Shown piece by piece: positions 27,978 to 39,094 of a stretch of DNA of 64,000 nucleotides. The DNA lies in the NCBI GenBank assembly GCA_049720225.1, contig JBNASD010000001.1, positions 396,815 to 460,814 of the forward strand, read 5' to 3'. The translations under genes and the position numbers were made by a program. The stretch's first letter is position 1; the number at the start of each line of letters is the position of its first letter. A model generated the notes under the pieces. The model ran no database searches and had not been told where the DNA came from. It was given only the letters and a program-made list of their open reading frames with translations. The stretch is from Microgenomates group bacterium. Its GTDB lineage: Bacteria > Patescibacteriota > Microgenomatia > PFEM01 > JBNASD01.

Positions 27978-28367
27978 TTACCAAATTTGACCAATAATTT
28001 CACCACCTAATTTCCTTTTTCTTGCTTCTTTATGACTCATTATTCCCTTTGAGGTAGAAACTAAAGTAATTCCTAATCCAAACTTAGGTAAAGGAATTTT
28101 ATCTGCCGGTGCATAAATTCTTACCCCAGGCTTAGAAACCCTTTTAACTCCCTCAACCGCTGGTTTTCCATTTTGATATTTTAACTCTAAAACTAATTTT
28201 TTAAATTTATTTTCCTTCACTCGATAACTTTTTAAAAATTTTTCTTTAACTAAAATTTTGGCAATTTCTTCTTTTATTTTAGAATAAGGAATCTCCACTA
28301 ATTCATTTTTGGCTAAGTAGCCATTTTTAATTCTTGTCAACATATCACCAATTGGATCAGAAATCAT
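27978..28367 (-). CDS. rpsH: 30S ribosomal protein S8
   Basis: DPIGDMLTRIKN, SKPGVRIY, STSKG, GGEI. Confidence 0.97.
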   Translation of the reverse strand: MISDPIGDMLTRIKNGYLAKNELVEIPYSKIKEEIAKILVKEKFLKSYRVKENKFKKLVLELKYQNGKPAVEGVKRVSKPGVRIYAPADKIPLPKFGLGITLVSTSKGIMSHKEARKRKLGGEIIGQIW

Positions 28368-28380
28368 TTTTTTCTCCTTT

Positions 28381-28569
28381 TTACCAACTAGCTTTTGTAA
28401 CGCCAGGTAATTCCCCTTTATGGGCTAACTTTCGAAAGCATAATCGACAAATTCCAAATAACCGCAAGTATCCTCGCGGTCGACCACACAAAACACAGCG
28501 GTTTTTCTTCCGCGTCGGATATTTCGGTTTTTTCATTAAATCTTTAACAACTGCTGATTTGCTAGCCAT
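28381..28569 (-). CDS. rpsN: 30S ribosomal protein S14, type Z
   Basis: [24 protein letters not shown]. Confidence 0.97.
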   Translation of the reverse strand: MASKSAVVKDLMKKPKYPTRKKNRCVLCGRPRGYLRLFGICRLCFRKLAHKGELPGVTKASW

Positions 28570-28585
28570 GTTTTTTATTTAATTT

Positions 28586-29074
28586 TTAACTTTTAACTTT
28601 TTCAAAAGGCATTCCCATCTCTTCTAATAGTTTTTTTGCTTCCTCGTCATTTTTAGTATTAGTAACAATATTAATTCCTAACCCTCTTATTTTATCAATT
28701 TTGCTATAATCTATCTCCGGAAAAACAATTTGCTCAGGAATTCCTAAACTATAATTCCCTCGACCATCAAATCCTTTTAAAGATACCCCTTGAAAGTCTT
28801 TTAATCTTGGTAAAACAATATGAAAAAGTTTTTTTAAAAATCCTTCCATTCTTTTTCCTCTTAAAGTAACCTTTAAGCCAATTGGATCACCTTTTTTAAT
28901 TTTAAATCCTGCCTCTGAAGCTTTTGCTCTACAAACTACTGGCTTTTGACCAGTAATTGCCATTAGATCGTTACTTGCCATCTCAATAGCCTTCGGATCA
29001 TGAGCGCCTTCTCCAACGCCCATATTAACAATAACTTTTTCTATTCGATAGTGTTTTAAACTGCTTGCTGGCAT
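28586..29074 (-). CDS. rplE: 50S ribosomal protein L5 (short N-terminus)
   Basis: [28 protein letters not shown]. Confidence 0.96.
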   Translation of the reverse strand: MPASSLKHYRIEKVIVNMGVGEGAHDPKAIEMASNDLMAITGQKPVVCRAKASEAGFKIKKGDPIGLKVTLRGKRMEGFLKKLFHIVLPRLKDFQGVSLKGFDGRGNYSLGIPEQIVFPEIDYSKIDKIRGLGINIVTNTKNDEEAKKLLEEMGMPFEKVKS

Positions 29075-29370
29075 TTTTTACAAATCCTTTCTTTTCCTTC
29101 TTTGGTTAACAAAAATCCTACTCGGGTTGGTTTTCCACATTTTGGACAAACTAAAGCAACTTTAGAAACTGCCAATGGTTTGGCAATTTCTACAATCCCT
29201 CCTTTTTCTCCTTCTTTTCTTGGCTTAACATGTTTTTTTACAATATTTATTCCTGGAATTAATACTTTTCCCTCTTTGGGAAAAATTTTTTCCACTTTTC
29301 CCTTTCTTCCTTTATCTTTACCAATTAAAACTACTACGGTATCGCCTTTTTTAATCTTTTTAATCCTCAT
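29056..29370 (-). CDS. rplX: 50S ribosomal protein L24
   Basis: [17 protein letters not shown] motif. Confidence 0.97.
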   Translation of the reverse strand: MRIKKIKKGDTVVVLIGKDKGRKGKVEKIFPKEGKVLIPGINIVKKHVKPRKEGEKGGIVEIAKPLAVSKVALVCPKCGKPTRVGFLLTKEGKERICKKCQQAV

Positions 29371-29735
29371 AAAACCTCCAATGCTAAGGAAGCAATCTTA
29401 TTATAACCTTTATCCTTAACTTCTCGAGCAATCGGGCCAAAAACTCTCGTTCCGCGCGGAGTTCCATCTTTATTAATAATTACTCCCGCATTATCATCAA
29501 AACGAATATAAGAACCATCAGGTCGCCGAAATTCTTTTTTTGTTCTAACAATTAATACTTTTACTTTTTCTTTATCTTTAACCATTCCATTAGGAATCGC
29601 TTTATCAACTACCGCTAAGACAACATCGCCTAAATAAGCAAATTTTCTTTTGCTTCCTCCATAAATATGAATGACGCGTAATCTTTTAGCACCAGTATTA
29701 TCTGCTGGTGTCAAAATCGTTCTTAATTGAATCAT
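29367..29735 (-). CDS. rplN: 50S ribosomal protein L14
   Basis: [20 protein letters not shown]. Confidence 0.97.
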   Translation of the reverse strand: MIQLRTILTPADNTGAKRLRVIHIYGGSKRKFAYLGDVVLAVVDKAIPNGMVKDKEKVKVLIVRTKKEFRRPDGSYIRFDDNAGVIINKDGTPRGTRVFGPIAREVKDKGYNKIASLALEVL

Positions 29736-29962
29736 CTTTTAACCACCTCCACGATTTTCCATTTTTTGGTTTTGCTAATTGGCCGACATTCCACAAATTT
29801 TACCCAATCACCTTCTTTTACGCCAATTTCATCATGAACGTGATATTTTTTGCTTCTTTTAATTCTTTTTTTGTACAAAGGATGCACTTTAAAAGACTCC
29901 ACTACGACCGTGGCGGTTTTAGCCATTTTCGTACCAATAACTTTTCCCTCAAATGTTTTCAT
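29732..29962 (-). CDS. rpsQ: 30S ribosomal protein S17
   Basis: [18 protein letters not shown]. Confidence 0.97.
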   Translation of the reverse strand: MKTFEGKVIGTKMAKTATVVVESFKVHPLYKKRIKRSKKYHVHDEIGVKEGDWVKFVECRPISKTKKWKIVEVVKR

Positions 29963-30161
29963 TGGCTAACTCCTTTTCTCTTAAAATTGTTTTTAACTGG
30001 GCTAACTCATCAGCTACCTTTTGGGGCAGATGAACATCCTTTAATTTACCGGTAGCTTTTTCCAGTCGTAATTTTACTAATTTTTCTTGAGTTTTTCTAA
30101 TCAATTCCAAAAGTTCTTTTTTGGTTTTGGTTCTAATTTCTTGTAATTCTTTCTTTTTCAT
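29949..30161 (-). CDS. rpmC: 50S ribosomal protein L29
   Basis: Position between rplP and rpsQ; [10 protein letters not shown]. Confidence 0.93.
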   Translation of the reverse strand: MKKKELQEIRTKTKKELLELIRKTQEKLVKLRLEKATGKLKDVHLPQKVADELAQLKTILREKELANENI

Positions 30162-30571
30162 TCTTCCTCCCGAGAAACAAATTTTGTTTTAAAAGGTAAT
30201 TTAAAACCAGCTCTGGTTAAAGCTTCTTTAGCTATTTCTTTGGAAACTCCCGAAAGCTCAAAAAGAATCCGTCCCGGTTTTACCACCGCCACCCAACCAA
30301 CAACATCTCCTTTTCCTCCTCCCATTCCCACTCCTAAACCCTTGCTCGTAATTGGTTTGTCAGGAAAAATCCTAATCCAAACTTTACCCCCTCTTTTAGT
30401 ATAGTGAGTAATCGCCACCCTGGCTGCCTCTATTTGCTTTGCATGAAGCCAACCCCCCTCTAAGCTTTTCAATCCATACTCCCCAAACGCCAAGGTTGTC
30501 CCTCGACTTTCTTTTCCTTTTACTCTTCCGCGAAATTGCTTTCGGTATTTTGTTTTTTTTGGTTGCAACAT
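30158..30571 (-). CDS. rplP: 50S ribosomal protein L16
   Basis: [27 protein letters not shown]. Confidence 0.97.
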   Translation of the reverse strand: MLQPKKTKYRKQFRGRVKGKESRGTTLAFGEYGLKSLEGGWLHAKQIEAARVAITHYTKRGGKVWIRIFPDKPITSKGLGVGMGGGKGDVVGWVAVVKPGRILFELSGVSKEIAKEALTRAGFKLPFKTKFVSREEE

Positions 30572-30572
30572 T

Positions 30573-31232
30573 TTATTCTTTTTCTCCTTTATAAATCCAA
30601 ACTTTAACTCCTACATAACCAGAACGAGTCAACGCTGGTACTTCGGCATAATCAATATCTGCCCTTAAAGTTGAAGCAGGAATATTAGCACTTTTTCCTT
30701 GATCTCCAAAAATCTCATGACGAGCAATTTCGATTCCAGCAATTCTTCCTGATAAAACTATCTTCACTCCTTTTGCCCCTGCGGATTTAACCCTTTCAAT
30801 TGCTTTTTCGACCACCATCCGGTAGGGAACTCTTTTTACTAATTGCTCTGCAATTCGTTGAGCAACTAACAACGCTGATAAATCAGGATTTTTTACCTCA
30901 ACGATTTCTTCTAATTCTAAATTTTTTTCCGGATCAGGAACAGAAACAATTTTGCAAAGTTCTTGTTTTAAAAGCTCTAATCCCTTTCCCCCTCTTCCAA
31001 TTACCATTCCCGGTCGACTAACATATAAAGTAATTTTAATTTTGTTAAAAAATCGATCAATTTGAACTCTTACTAAGCCAGCTAGTTTTAATTTTTCTTC
31101 TAAAAATCGCCGAATTTTGTAATCTTCCAAAAGATATTTTTTATAAGTTTCCTCATCCGGCGCAAACCAACGAGAGCGCCAATCTTTATCTAAAGGCAAA
31201 CGAAATCCTAATGGATTAACTTTGTGTCCCAT
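30573..31232 (-). CDS. rpsC: 30S ribosomal protein S3
   Basis: [36 protein letters not shown]. Confidence 0.97.
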   Translation of the reverse strand: MGHKVNPLGFRLPLDKDWRSRWFAPDEETYKKYLLEDYKIRRFLEEKLKLAGLVRVQIDRFFNKIKITLYVSRPGMVIGRGGKGLELLKQELCKIVSVPDPEKNLELEEIVEVKNPDLSALLVAQRIAEQLVKRVPYRMVVEKAIERVKSAGAKGVKIVLSGRIAGIEIARHEIFGDQGKSANIPASTLRADIDYAEVPALTRSGYVGVKVWIYKGEKE

Positions 31233-31626
31233 TTTTTTCTCCTTTCTTGGATTTTTCTTTTACTTTTTTATTTTTCTTTTCTTCTGTCTTTTTTTCTTCT
31301 CCTTCTAAATAAATAGTTAAATGACTAGTTCTTTTTAAAATTGGGTGCCATCGACCACGAGAAACCGGTCTTCCTCTTTTAAGAATTGGTCCCTTGTTTA
31401 CTTCAATTTTTTTAATTGTCAATGATTCCTTTTCTAAATGATAATTATTAACCGCATTGGCAATTCCCTGTTTTAAAGTTTTTTCCAAAAATACTGCTCC
31501 TTTTTTTTCTAAGTTTTTTAAAACGGTTAAAGCATAACTTGCCTTTAACCCTTTTATCGCTTGGGCGACTAAATTAAGTTTTCTTGGGCTAATTCTTAAA
31601 AATTTTGATTTGGCAATTACTTCCAT
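31216..31626 (-). CDS. rplV: 50S ribosomal protein L22
   Basis: RISPRK, ANAVNN, KRTSHLT. Confidence 0.96.
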   Translation of the reverse strand: MEVIAKSKFLRISPRKLNLVAQAIKGLKASYALTVLKNLEKKGAVFLEKTLKQGIANAVNNYHLEKESLTIKKIEVNKGPILKRGRPVSRGRWHPILKRTSHLTIYLEGEEKKTEEKKNKKVKEKSKKGEKNGTQS

Positions 31627-31633
31627 AATCGTT

Positions 31634-31918
31634 TTAAGTTTTACTAATAATTCTTTTAACTACTTTTCCATGACCACGGAAAGTTCTTGTTAGGGCAAAT
31701 TCTCCCAAACGATGACCAACCATTGCTTCGGTAACAAAAACCGTCACAAAATTTTTTCCATTATGAACTTCAAAAGTATGACCAACAAATTCTGGCGGGA
31801 TTTGGCTTGCCCGTGCCCAAGTTCTAATAGGTTTCTTTTCGCCAGTTTCTTTCTGTTTTAAAACTTTTTTTAATAATTTTGGATCAACCCAAGGTCCTTT
31901 TTTAAGACTTCTTCCCAT
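31634..31918 (-). CDS. rpsS: 30S ribosomal protein S19
   Basis: [24 protein letters not shown]. Confidence 0.97.
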   Translation of the reverse strand: MGRSLKKGPWVDPKLLKKVLKQKETGEKKPIRTWARASQIPPEFVGHTFEVHNGKNFVTVFVTEAMVGHRLGEFALTRTFRGHGKVVKRIISKT

Positions 31919-31920
31919 TT

Positions 31921-32664
31921 TTACTTCCTCCTTTTAATAATTAATTTATCAGAATATTTTCCTTTTTTTCTTGTTTTTACTCCTAATGCTTTCTTTCCCC
32001 ATGGCGTTTTGGGAGAAGACATTCCAATTCCCGATCTTCCTTCTCCACCACCGTGAGGATGAGAATCAGGGTGTTGAGCTACACCCCTTACTGTCGGCCT
32101 TATTCCCATATGCCTTTTTCTTCCTGCTTTTCCTAAAATTACATTTTTCCAATCAACGTTACTTACCTGCCCAATAGTTGCAAAACATTCTAAAGGAACT
32201 CTTCTTATCTCCCGTGACGGTAACCGCAAAATCGCATATTCTTCTTCTTTTCCCTGAAGTAAAGCTCCTCCACCTGCTCCTCTAACTAACTGTCCTCCTT
32301 TACCTCTAGTCAATTCGATATTATGGACAATCGTCCCTACCGGAATATTTTTTAAAGGTAAAGCATTGCCTATTTTAATCTCGACCTTTTCTCCAGAAAT
32401 TACTTCATCACCAACTTTTAATCCCTCTGGGGCTAAAATATATCTTTTTTCTCCATCTTTATAACTTAACAAAGCAATATTAGCAGTTCGGTTAGGATCA
32501 TACTCAATTGCCTCTACTTTGGCAGGAATATCATATTTATCACGCTTAAAATCAATTTCTCGTAAAAATCTTTTTTCTCCGCCACCCCGATGGCGAACAG
32601 TCACTCGACCGGTATTATTTCGCCCGGCTTTACTTTTTTTTGGTTTTAAAAGTTTTTTAATCAT
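31921..32664 (-). CDS. rplB: 50S ribosomal protein L2 (short N-terminus)
   Basis: [26 protein letters not shown]. Confidence 0.97.
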   Translation of the reverse strand: MIKKLLKPKKSKAGRNNTGRVTVRHRGGGEKRFLREIDFKRDKYDIPAKVEAIEYDPNRTANIALLSYKDGEKRYILAPEGLKVGDEVISGEKVEIKIGNALPLKNIPVGTIVHNIELTRGKGGQLVRGAGGGALLQGKEEEYAILRLPSREIRRVPLECFATIGQVSNVDWKNVILGKAGRKRHMGIRPTVRGVAQHPDSHPHGGGEGRSGIGMSSPKTPWGKKALGVKTRKKGKYSDKLIIKRRK

Positions 32665-32969
32665 TTCTTCTCTTTTACCTCACTTTCCGGAAAAATATCA
32701 ATTTTATCTCCTTCTTTTAACTGGACAATTGCTTTTTTCCAATCACCTAATTTAATTTCTTTCCATCGTCGTAAAAGCCGTTTCTTTTTTCCTTTAACAT
32801 TTAAAATATTAACTTTAACTACCTTAACATTAAAAAATTTCTCTATTGCTTCTTTAATCTGATTTTTAGTCGCCCTTTTGGCTACCTGAAAGCAATATTT
32901 ATTTTCATTTTGTGCCAAAAAGGCCTTTTCTGTAATAATCGGTTTAATAATTACATCCTTAAGATCCAT
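32661..32969 (-). CDS. rplW: 50S ribosomal protein L23
   Basis: PIITEK, ATKNQIK, WKKAIV. Confidence 0.96.
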   Translation of the reverse strand: MDLKDVIIKPIITEKAFLAQNENKYCFQVAKRATKNQIKEAIEKFFNVKVVKVNILNVKGKKKRLLRRWKEIKLGDWKKAIVQLKEGDKIDIFPESEVKEKK

Positions 32970-33618
32970 TTTTCTTTAAAAATACCTCCTTTAACTTTTC
33001 AACGCTTTCTGGCAAAAAAACTAAATAACGGTGACTTAAAACTTGATAAGTATTTAGATTTTCCGCTAATAAAATGTCCATATTTTCTATATTCCGCGCA
33101 GAGAGAATAATATTTTCTAAAATTTGAGGTAAAACTAAAAGGGTTTTGGGTGAAGATTTAGGGGTAAAAATTTTTAAATTTTTCAAAATTTCCCACATTT
33201 CTTTGGTTTTAGGTTTAATTTTTTCTACTCCCTTTACGACTAAAATTTCTTTGTCTTTAAGCTTTAAAGTTAAAGCTGAAAATAAAGCTTTTCGCCGCAT
33301 TTTTTTCGGCATTTCTAATTTATAATTTTCCTCTCCTGTTGGCCCATGAGCAACCCCACCGCCCACAAAAATTGGCGCCGAACGAGAACCATGGCGCGCC
33401 CTCCCGGTCCCTTTTTGCCGATACCATTTGGATTTTGTTCTATTAACTTCACTGCGAGTCTTTACTTTTGCTCCCGCTTTTCTTTGATTGGCTAGATAAA
33501 CTCTCACTGCCTGGGCAATTAATTCTGGCTTTGGATCTTTAATCCCAAAAATTTCTTTCGGCAATTCAAACTTACCCACAATATTTCCTTTGGTATCAAA
33601 TAAATCTACTTTAGGCAT
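32959..33618 (-). CDS. rplD: 50S ribosomal protein L4
   Basis: [19 protein letters not shown]; the ATG at 33618 is coupled to the rplC stop. Confidence 0.97.
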   Translation of the reverse strand: MPKVDLFDTKGNIVGKFELPKEIFGIKDPKPELIAQAVRVYLANQRKAGAKVKTRSEVNRTKSKWYRQKGTGRARHGSRSAPIFVGGGVAHGPTGEENYKLEMPKKMRRKALFSALTLKLKDKEILVVKGVEKIKPKTKEMWEILKNLKIFTPKSSPKTLLVLPQILENIILSARNIENMDILLAENLNTYQVLSHRYLVFLPESVEKLKEVFLKKNGS

Positions 33619-34231
33619 ATTTTTCAATTAATAAAAATCCCCGGCGTGGACCAGGGACTAAACCTTTAACTTCTAACATTCCTTCTTTTACGTCAAAAAT
33701 AGAAAGTCCTTTAATGGTTACCTGATCTCCTCCCATTCTTCCGGCCATTTTTTTTCCTTTATAAACTCTTCCGGGAGTAGTCGTTTGTCCAATGGAACCC
33801 GGCGCTCTTTCGCGATCTGATTGTCCATGAGTCCGTGGTCCGCCCGCAAATCCCCATCGCTTAACCACTCCGGCAAAACCTTTTCCTTTTGATTTGCCGG
33901 TTACTTTAACTTTATCTCCCTTTTTAAAAATTTCTTCTGCTTTTATTTCCTGACCAACTTTAAATTTTGTTGGATCCTCTACCTTAATCTCTCTCAAAAA
34001 TAAAGGTGGTTTTTCTAATCCTGCTTTTTTAGCATGACCAATAAGAGGTTTATTTGCTTTTTTCTTTTCACCAAAACCCAATTGAATAGCATTATAACCA
34101 TCTTTTTCCTTTGTTTTAATTTGCACCACCCAACAAGGACCGGTTTTAATGATTGTTACCGGAATTCGTTTTCCTTCTTTGGTAAATCTTTGAGTTTGCT
34201 CAATTTTTTGTCCTAAAATTGCGTTTAACAT
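33611..34231 (-). CDS. rplC: 50S ribosomal protein L3
   Basis: DGYNAIQLG, KGKGFAGVVKRW, PGSIG, KGKKMAG; ATG at 34231. Confidence 0.97.
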   Translation of the reverse strand: MLNAILGQKIEQTQRFTKEGKRIPVTIIKTGPCWVVQIKTKEKDGYNAIQLGFGEKKKANKPLIGHAKKAGLEKPPLFLREIKVEDPTKFKVGQEIKAEEIFKKGDKVKVTGKSKGKGFAGVVKRWGFAGGPRTHGQSDRERAPGSIGQTTTPGRVYKGKKMAGRMGGDQVTIKGLSIFDVKEGMLEVKGLVPGPRRGFLLIEKYA

Positions 34232-34242
34232 TCTCAAAACAT

Positions 34243-34268
34243 AAAAAAAGTGCCGGAGGCACTTTTTT
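34243..34268 (-). terminator. Intrinsic terminator hairpin in the rplC leader
   Basis: AAAAAAGTGCC-TCC-GGCACTTTTTTT, ending 11 nt before the rplC ATG. Confidence 0.7.
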
Positions 34269-34333
34269 AAAAATTTTATTTTTAAATTAAATCTTTATTT
34301 AAAAGATTTTCACCTCCATTTTAAAGATAGCAA

Positions 34334-34363
34334 ATTATACAATAAAAAAAGAAGGGTTTTCAA
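34334..34363 (-). promoter_or_regulatory. Internal promoter between rpsJ and rplC
   Basis: TTGAAA-18-TATAAT. Confidence 0.7.
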
Positions 34364-34371
34364 CTGGAATT

Positions 34372-34683
34372 TTAATACTTAATTTCAATACTTACTCCTG
34401 CAGGAAGCTCTAAATGGGATAAAGAATCAATAGTTTTAGGAGTAGGATCAATAATATCAATTAACCGCTTATGAATTAAAATCTGAAAATGTTCTCGCGC
34501 GTCTTTATCAGTGTGGGGAGAGGTAGTTACCGTAATTAATTTTCTTTTAGTTGGTAGGGGAACTGGTCCCACTACCTTAGCGCCAGACGCAATTACTGTC
34601 TGTAAAATTTTTTCGCAACTCTCATCGATTACTCGATGATCGTAAGCTTTTAAACGAACACGAATTCTGCCTTTTTTAGCCAT
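34372..34683 (-). CDS. rpsJ: 30S ribosomal protein S10
   Basis: RLKAYDH, GPVPLPT, HKRLIDI. Confidence 0.97.
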   Translation of the reverse strand: MAKKGRIRVRLKAYDHRVIDESCEKILQTVIASGAKVVGPVPLPTKRKLITVTTSPHTDKDAREHFQILIHKRLIDIIDPTPKTIDSLSHLELPAGVSIEIKY

Positions 34684-34688
34684 AATTT

Positions 34689-35876
34689 TTAGGCAATAAT
34701 TTTAGAAATGACACCTGCTCCTACCGTATGACCACCTTCTCGGATAGCAAAACGCAATCCTTCCTCTAATGCTACCGGTTGAATTAGTTTTACCGTCATT
34801 TTGGTATTATCTCCCGGCATTACCATCTCTACACCTTGCGGTAAAACTACCTCACCAGTAACATCGGTGGTTCGGATATAGAATTGAGGTCGGTAACCGG
34901 TAAAGAAGGGTGTATGTCGACCTCCCTCTTCTTTAGACAAAACATAAACTTCTGCCTCAAATTCTTTATGAGGAGTAATCGTTCCTGGTTTTGCCAAAAC
35001 TTGACCCCTTTCTACTTGATCTTTCTCAATTCCTCGAAGCAATACTCCAATATTATCTCCCGCTTGTCCTTGATCTAAGGTTTTTCTAAACATTTCAATT
35101 CCCGTTACCACTGTTTTTTGTGTCTCTCGTAAACCAACAATTTCTACTTCATCATTAAGTTTTACTACCCCTCTTTCCACTCTTCCTGTCACCACTGTTC
35201 CTCGTCCTTTAATAGAAAAGACATCCTCAATCGGCATTAAGAATGGTTGATCAAGCGGTCTTACTGGTTCGGGAATGTATTCATCAACCGCTTTCATTAA
35301 ATCTTCGATTGCTTTTACCGCTTCTGGATCGCCTTCTAAAGCTTTTAAAGCAGAACCGCGAATTACCGGCACTTCATCACCGGGAAATTTATATTTATTT
35401 AAAAGTTCCCTTACCTCCATTTCCACTAAATCTAAAAGTTCTTTATCCTTAACTACATCTACTTTATTTAAGAAAACAACAATTGCCGGCACGTTTACCT
35501 GCCGAGCCAACAAAACATGTTCTCGAGTTTGAGGCATTGGTCCATCATCAGCAGCCACTACTAAAATTGCCCCATCCATTTGGGCTGCTCCGGTAATCAT
35601 GTTTTTAATAAAGTCTTTATGTCCTGGACAGTCAATATGAGCGTAATGGCGTTTTTCGGTTTCGTACTCAACGTGAGAGATAGAAATTGTCATTCCTCGA
35701 GCTTTTTCTTCCGGTGCATTATCAATTTGCTCATAAGCTAAATAATTTGCCATTCCCTTTTGGGACAAAACTTTAGTAATTGCTGAAGTTAAAGTTGTTT
35801 TTCCATGGTCTACATGACCAATAGTACCAATATTAACATGGGGTTTAACTCTTTCAAATTTTGCTTTATCTGCCAT
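34689..35876 (-). CDS. tuf: Elongation factor Tu
   Basis: [26 protein letters not shown]; SD AGGAGGT. Confidence 0.99.
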   Translation of the reverse strand: MADKAKFERVKPHVNIGTIGHVDHGKTTLTSAITKVLSQKGMANYLAYEQIDNAPEEKARGMTISISHVEYETEKRHYAHIDCPGHKDFIKNMITGAAQMDGAILVVAADDGPMPQTREHVLLARQVNVPAIVVFLNKVDVVKDKELLDLVEMEVRELLNKYKFPGDEVPVIRGSALKALEGDPEAVKAIEDLMKAVDEYIPEPVRPLDQPFLMPIEDVFSIKGRGTVVTGRVERGVVKLNDEVEIVGLRETQKTVVTGIEMFRKTLDQGQAGDNIGVLLRGIEKDQVERGQVLAKPGTITPHKEFEAEVYVLSKEEGGRHTPFFTGYRPQFYIRTTDVTGEVVLPQGVEMVMPGDNTKMTVKLIQPVALEEGLRFAIREGGHTVGAGVISKIIA

Positions 35877-35914
35877 CTTTACCTCCTTTTAAAAACTTAA
35901 TTTAAACTTTAAAT

Positions 35915-35943
35915 ATTCTAATATAGTAAAAAAATTTTTTCAA
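35915..35943 (-). promoter_or_regulatory. tuf promoter
   Basis: TTGAAA-17-TAGAAT in the fusA-tuf spacer. Confidence 0.7.
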
Positions 35944-35989
35944 GTAGTAATTTTAGCAATTTTAAAAGAAATTTCAACTCTTAATTTTT

Positions 35990-38113
35990 TTATCTAATAT
36001 TAATTCCCGTTCTTTGCTCGATTATTTTTTGGGCAATATTCTGAGGAACCTCTTCATAATGAGAAGGCTCCATATAAAAGGTTCCCCGACCTTGAGTCAT
36101 ACTCCTTAAAGTAGTTGCATAACCACGAACTTCCGCTAAAGGAATTAAAGCTTTAATAATTCTCACGTTCCCTCGTTGCTCGGTACTTAAGATTTGCCCT
36201 CTTTTTGCCGACAAATCACCAATTACTTCTCCCATAAATTCCTCGGGCACACTTACTTCCATTTTCATTATTGGCTCTAATAATACCGGTTGAGCTAACT
36301 TTGCTGCTTCTTTAAGAGCTTGTGATCCAGCAATTTTAAAAGCAATATCGGAAGAATCAACCTCATGATAAGTACCGTCATAAACTGCTACTGCCATATC
36401 TACCAAAGGATAACCCGCTAACACTCCTTTTTCCATTGCTTCCCTTACCCCTTTTTCTACCGCGGGAATAAATTCTGAAGGAATGGCACCTCCTTTAATT
36501 TCGTTAATAAATTTAAATCCTTCTCCTCGATTTAAAGGTTCAACCCGCAAAAAACAATGTCCATATTGACCTCGCCCCCCTGATTGACGAATATATTTTC
36601 CTTCTGCTTTTGCCACTTTCTTAATTGTTTCTTTATAAGCTACCTGAGGTTGACCGGTATTAGCTTCGACATTAAATTCTCTTTTCATTCGATCAACTAA
36701 AATTTCCAAATGGAGTTCGCCCATTCCCCAAATAATTGTTTGTCCGGTTTCCGGATCAACTTTAATCTTAAAAGTTGGGTCTTCTTCTGCTAATTTCTGT
36801 AATGCCAAAGAAAGCTTTTGTTCGTCCGCTTTAGTTTTTGGTTCAATTGCTAAAGAAATTACCGGTTCGGGAAAAGAAATTGATTCCAACAAAACCGGAT
36901 TGTTTTTTCGACATAAAGTATCCCCAGTTTTTACTTTTTGGAAACCAATCACTGCGGCAATTTCTCCGGCCACTACTAAATCAATTGGTTCTCGCTGATT
37001 GGCGTGCATTAATAAAAGACGACCAATTCGCTCCGAATTTCGTTGAGTAGAATCATAAATTTCATCACCACTACGAATAGTTCCAGAATAAACCCTAATA
37101 TAAGTTAATTTTCCTACGTGAGGATCTGTCTGAATTTTAAAAGCTAAAGCAAGCGGCTCTCCTTGAGGATTAGGAGTAAATTTTATTTTTTCGCCGGTTT
37201 CCGAATGGGTTGCTTCTACTGGCGGTAAATCTAAAGGAGAAGGAAGAAAATCAACAATTCCATCTAAAAGTGGTTGAACTCCTTTATTTCTTAAAGAAGA
37301 ACCACAATAAACAGGAACTAATTTGCCGGTAATCGTTGCTCTTCTAATTCCTGCCTTAAGGTCTTCTAAAGAAATTTCCTCGCCGGCTAAATATTTATCT
37401 TGAATTTCTTCATCATTTTCGGCAATTTTTTCGATAACCTTTTCGCGAATTTCCGCCAGCTGATTTTTTAATTCTTCGGGAACTTCTTCTTCTTTATATT
37501 TTTCCCCACTAGGATCAATACTTTCATCCCAACGAAGCGCTTTTTGTTCTAAAACCAACACTACTCCTTTGAAATCTTTTTCTTTTCCCCAAGGTAAAGT
37601 TAAAATCAAAGGAACCGCTCCTAGTCTTTTTTCAATTGTTTCTACAGTAAAGAAAAAGTCTGCTCCCAGTTTATCCATTTTATTAATAAAACAGATTCGA
37701 GGTACATTATATTTATCTGCTTGTCGCCAGACTGTCTCTGACTGTGACTGAACACCCTCTTCCGCATCAAAAATTACCACCCCGCCATCTAAAACACGCA
37801 AAGAGCGTTCTACCTCGGCGGTAAAATCAACATGACCAGGAGTATCAATAATATTAATCCGGTGCTCTCGCCAAAAAGTAGTCGTCGCTGCGGAAACAAT
37901 CGTAATTCCTCGCTCCTTTTCCTGAGGCATCCAATCCATTTGGGTGGTTCCTTCATCAATGTCACCAATTTTGTAAGTCTTTCCGGTGTAATACAAAATC
38001 CGCTCGGTGGTTGTTGTTTTTCCCGCGTCAATATGGGCAATTATTCCTATATTACGAACTTTTTCGATAGGAACAATTCTTTGATTAGAATTTTTATTAC
38101 TGGAATTACTCAT
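35990..38113 (-). CDS. fusA: Elongation factor G
   Basis: [30 protein letters not shown]; the ATG at 38113 is preferred. Confidence 0.98.
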   Translation of the reverse strand: MSNSSNKNSNQRIVPIEKVRNIGIIAHIDAGKTTTTERILYYTGKTYKIGDIDEGTTQMDWMPQEKERGITIVSAATTTFWREHRINIIDTPGHVDFTAEVERSLRVLDGGVVIFDAEEGVQSQSETVWRQADKYNVPRICFINKMDKLGADFFFTVETIEKRLGAVPLILTLPWGKEKDFKGVVLVLEQKALRWDESIDPSGEKYKEEEVPEELKNQLAEIREKVIEKIAENDEEIQDKYLAGEEISLEDLKAGIRRATITGKLVPVYCGSSLRNKGVQPLLDGIVDFLPSPLDLPPVEATHSETGEKIKFTPNPQGEPLALAFKIQTDPHVGKLTYIRVYSGTIRSGDEIYDSTQRNSERIGRLLLMHANQREPIDLVVAGEIAAVIGFQKVKTGDTLCRKNNPVLLESISFPEPVISLAIEPKTKADEQKLSLALQKLAEEDPTFKIKVDPETGQTIIWGMGELHLEILVDRMKREFNVEANTGQPQVAYKETIKKVAKAEGKYIRQSGGRGQYGHCFLRVEPLNRGEGFKFINEIKGGAIPSEFIPAVEKGVREAMEKGVLAGYPLVDMAVAVYDGTYHEVDSSDIAFKIAGSQALKEAAKLAQPVLLEPIMKMEVSVPEEFMGEVIGDLSAKRGQILSTEQRGNVRIIKALIPLAEVRGYATTLRSMTQGRGTFYMEPSHYEEVPQNIAQKIIEQRTGINIR

Positions 38114-38118
38114 TTTAG

Positions 38119-38598
38119 TTACCAACGAAAGTGAGCAAAAGCTTTATTAGCTTCTGCCATTCGGTGAACTTCTTCTTTCTTTTTAACTGCGCCTCCTTGA
38201 TTTTGGAAGGCGTCCATAATTTCCGCGGCCAATTTTTCGTAAAAATGATGATATTCTTTATTTGGTCGTTGTCGGGCATATAAAACTAACCAGCGAATTG
38301 CCAAAGATTCTCTTCTTGAACCCCTCACTGGCATTGGTACTTGATAAGCTGCTCCTCCTACTCGCCGTGGCCGAACTTCCATTGTTGGTTTAATATTTTC
38401 TAATGCCTGGGTAAAAATCTCTAAAGGATTTTTTCCGGTTTTTTCTTTTATAATTTCAAAAGCTTTATAAACATGCTTTTGGGCAATCGTTTTTTTTCCA
38501 TCCTTCATTACCCGATTAATTAAACGAGTTACTAACCGACTGTTATAAATCGGATCAGGGGGTAAAACTCTCTTTTTTACTGGTCCACTTCTTGGCAT
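38119..38598 (-). CDS. rpsG: 30S ribosomal protein S7
   Basis: [24 protein letters not shown]. Confidence 0.98.
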   Translation of the reverse strand: MPRSGPVKKRVLPPDPIYNSRLVTRLINRVMKDGKKTIAQKHVYKAFEIIKEKTGKNPLEIFTQALENIKPTMEVRPRRVGGAAYQVPMPVRGSRRESLAIRWLVLYARQRPNKEYHHFYEKLAAEIMDAFQNQGGAVKKKEEVHRMAEANKAFAHFRW

Positions 38599-38601
38599 TT
38601 T

Positions 38602-39057
38602 TTAAGCGGTAGCAGTTGCTCCTTCAGAACTAGCTTTAACTTCTTTGGTTGTCTCTTTTTTAACACCATATTTTGAACGCGCTTTCTTTCTTCCCACCAC
38701 TCCACTCATATCATATTTTCCCCTAATAATATGATATTTCACTCCCGGTAAATCTTTTACTCTCCCTCCTCTAACTAAAACAATCGCGTGTTCCGCTAAA
38801 TCATGGCCTTCCCCGGGAATATAAGCAGTGATTTCTTGCTTATTAGAAAGTCTTACTCTGGCTACTTTTCTTAAAGCAGAATTTGGCTTTTTCGGAGTCA
38901 TTGTTTTAACCGCCAAAACCACTCCCCGTTTTTGGGGGCTAAAAGCGGTAAAAACTTTTCTTTTAAGGGCGTTAAAACTTTTTCTTAAAGCGGTTGCTTT
39001 AACTTTTTTGATAATTTTTTTCCGCCCTTTTCTCACTAATTGATTAATCGTTGGCAT
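38602..39057 (-). CDS. rpsL: 30S ribosomal protein S12
   Basis: [12 protein letters not shown] at ATG 39057; [18 protein letters not shown]. Confidence 0.98.
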   Translation of the reverse strand: MPTINQLVRKGRKKIIKKVKATALRKSFNALKRKVFTAFSPQKRGVVLAVKTMTPKKPNSALRKVARVRLSNKQEITAYIPGEGHDLAEHAIVLVRGGRVKDLPGVKYHIIRGKYDMSGVVGRKKARSKYGVKKETTKEVKASSEGATATA

Positions 39058-39065
39058 AAGAAAGA

Positions 39066-39094
39066 ATTTTATCAAATTAATAATTAATCTTCAA
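39066..39094 (-). promoter_or_regulatory. rpsL promoter (leaderless geometry)
   Basis: TTGAAG-17-TAAAAT with extended TG, 8 nt before the ATG, no SD. Confidence 0.7.
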
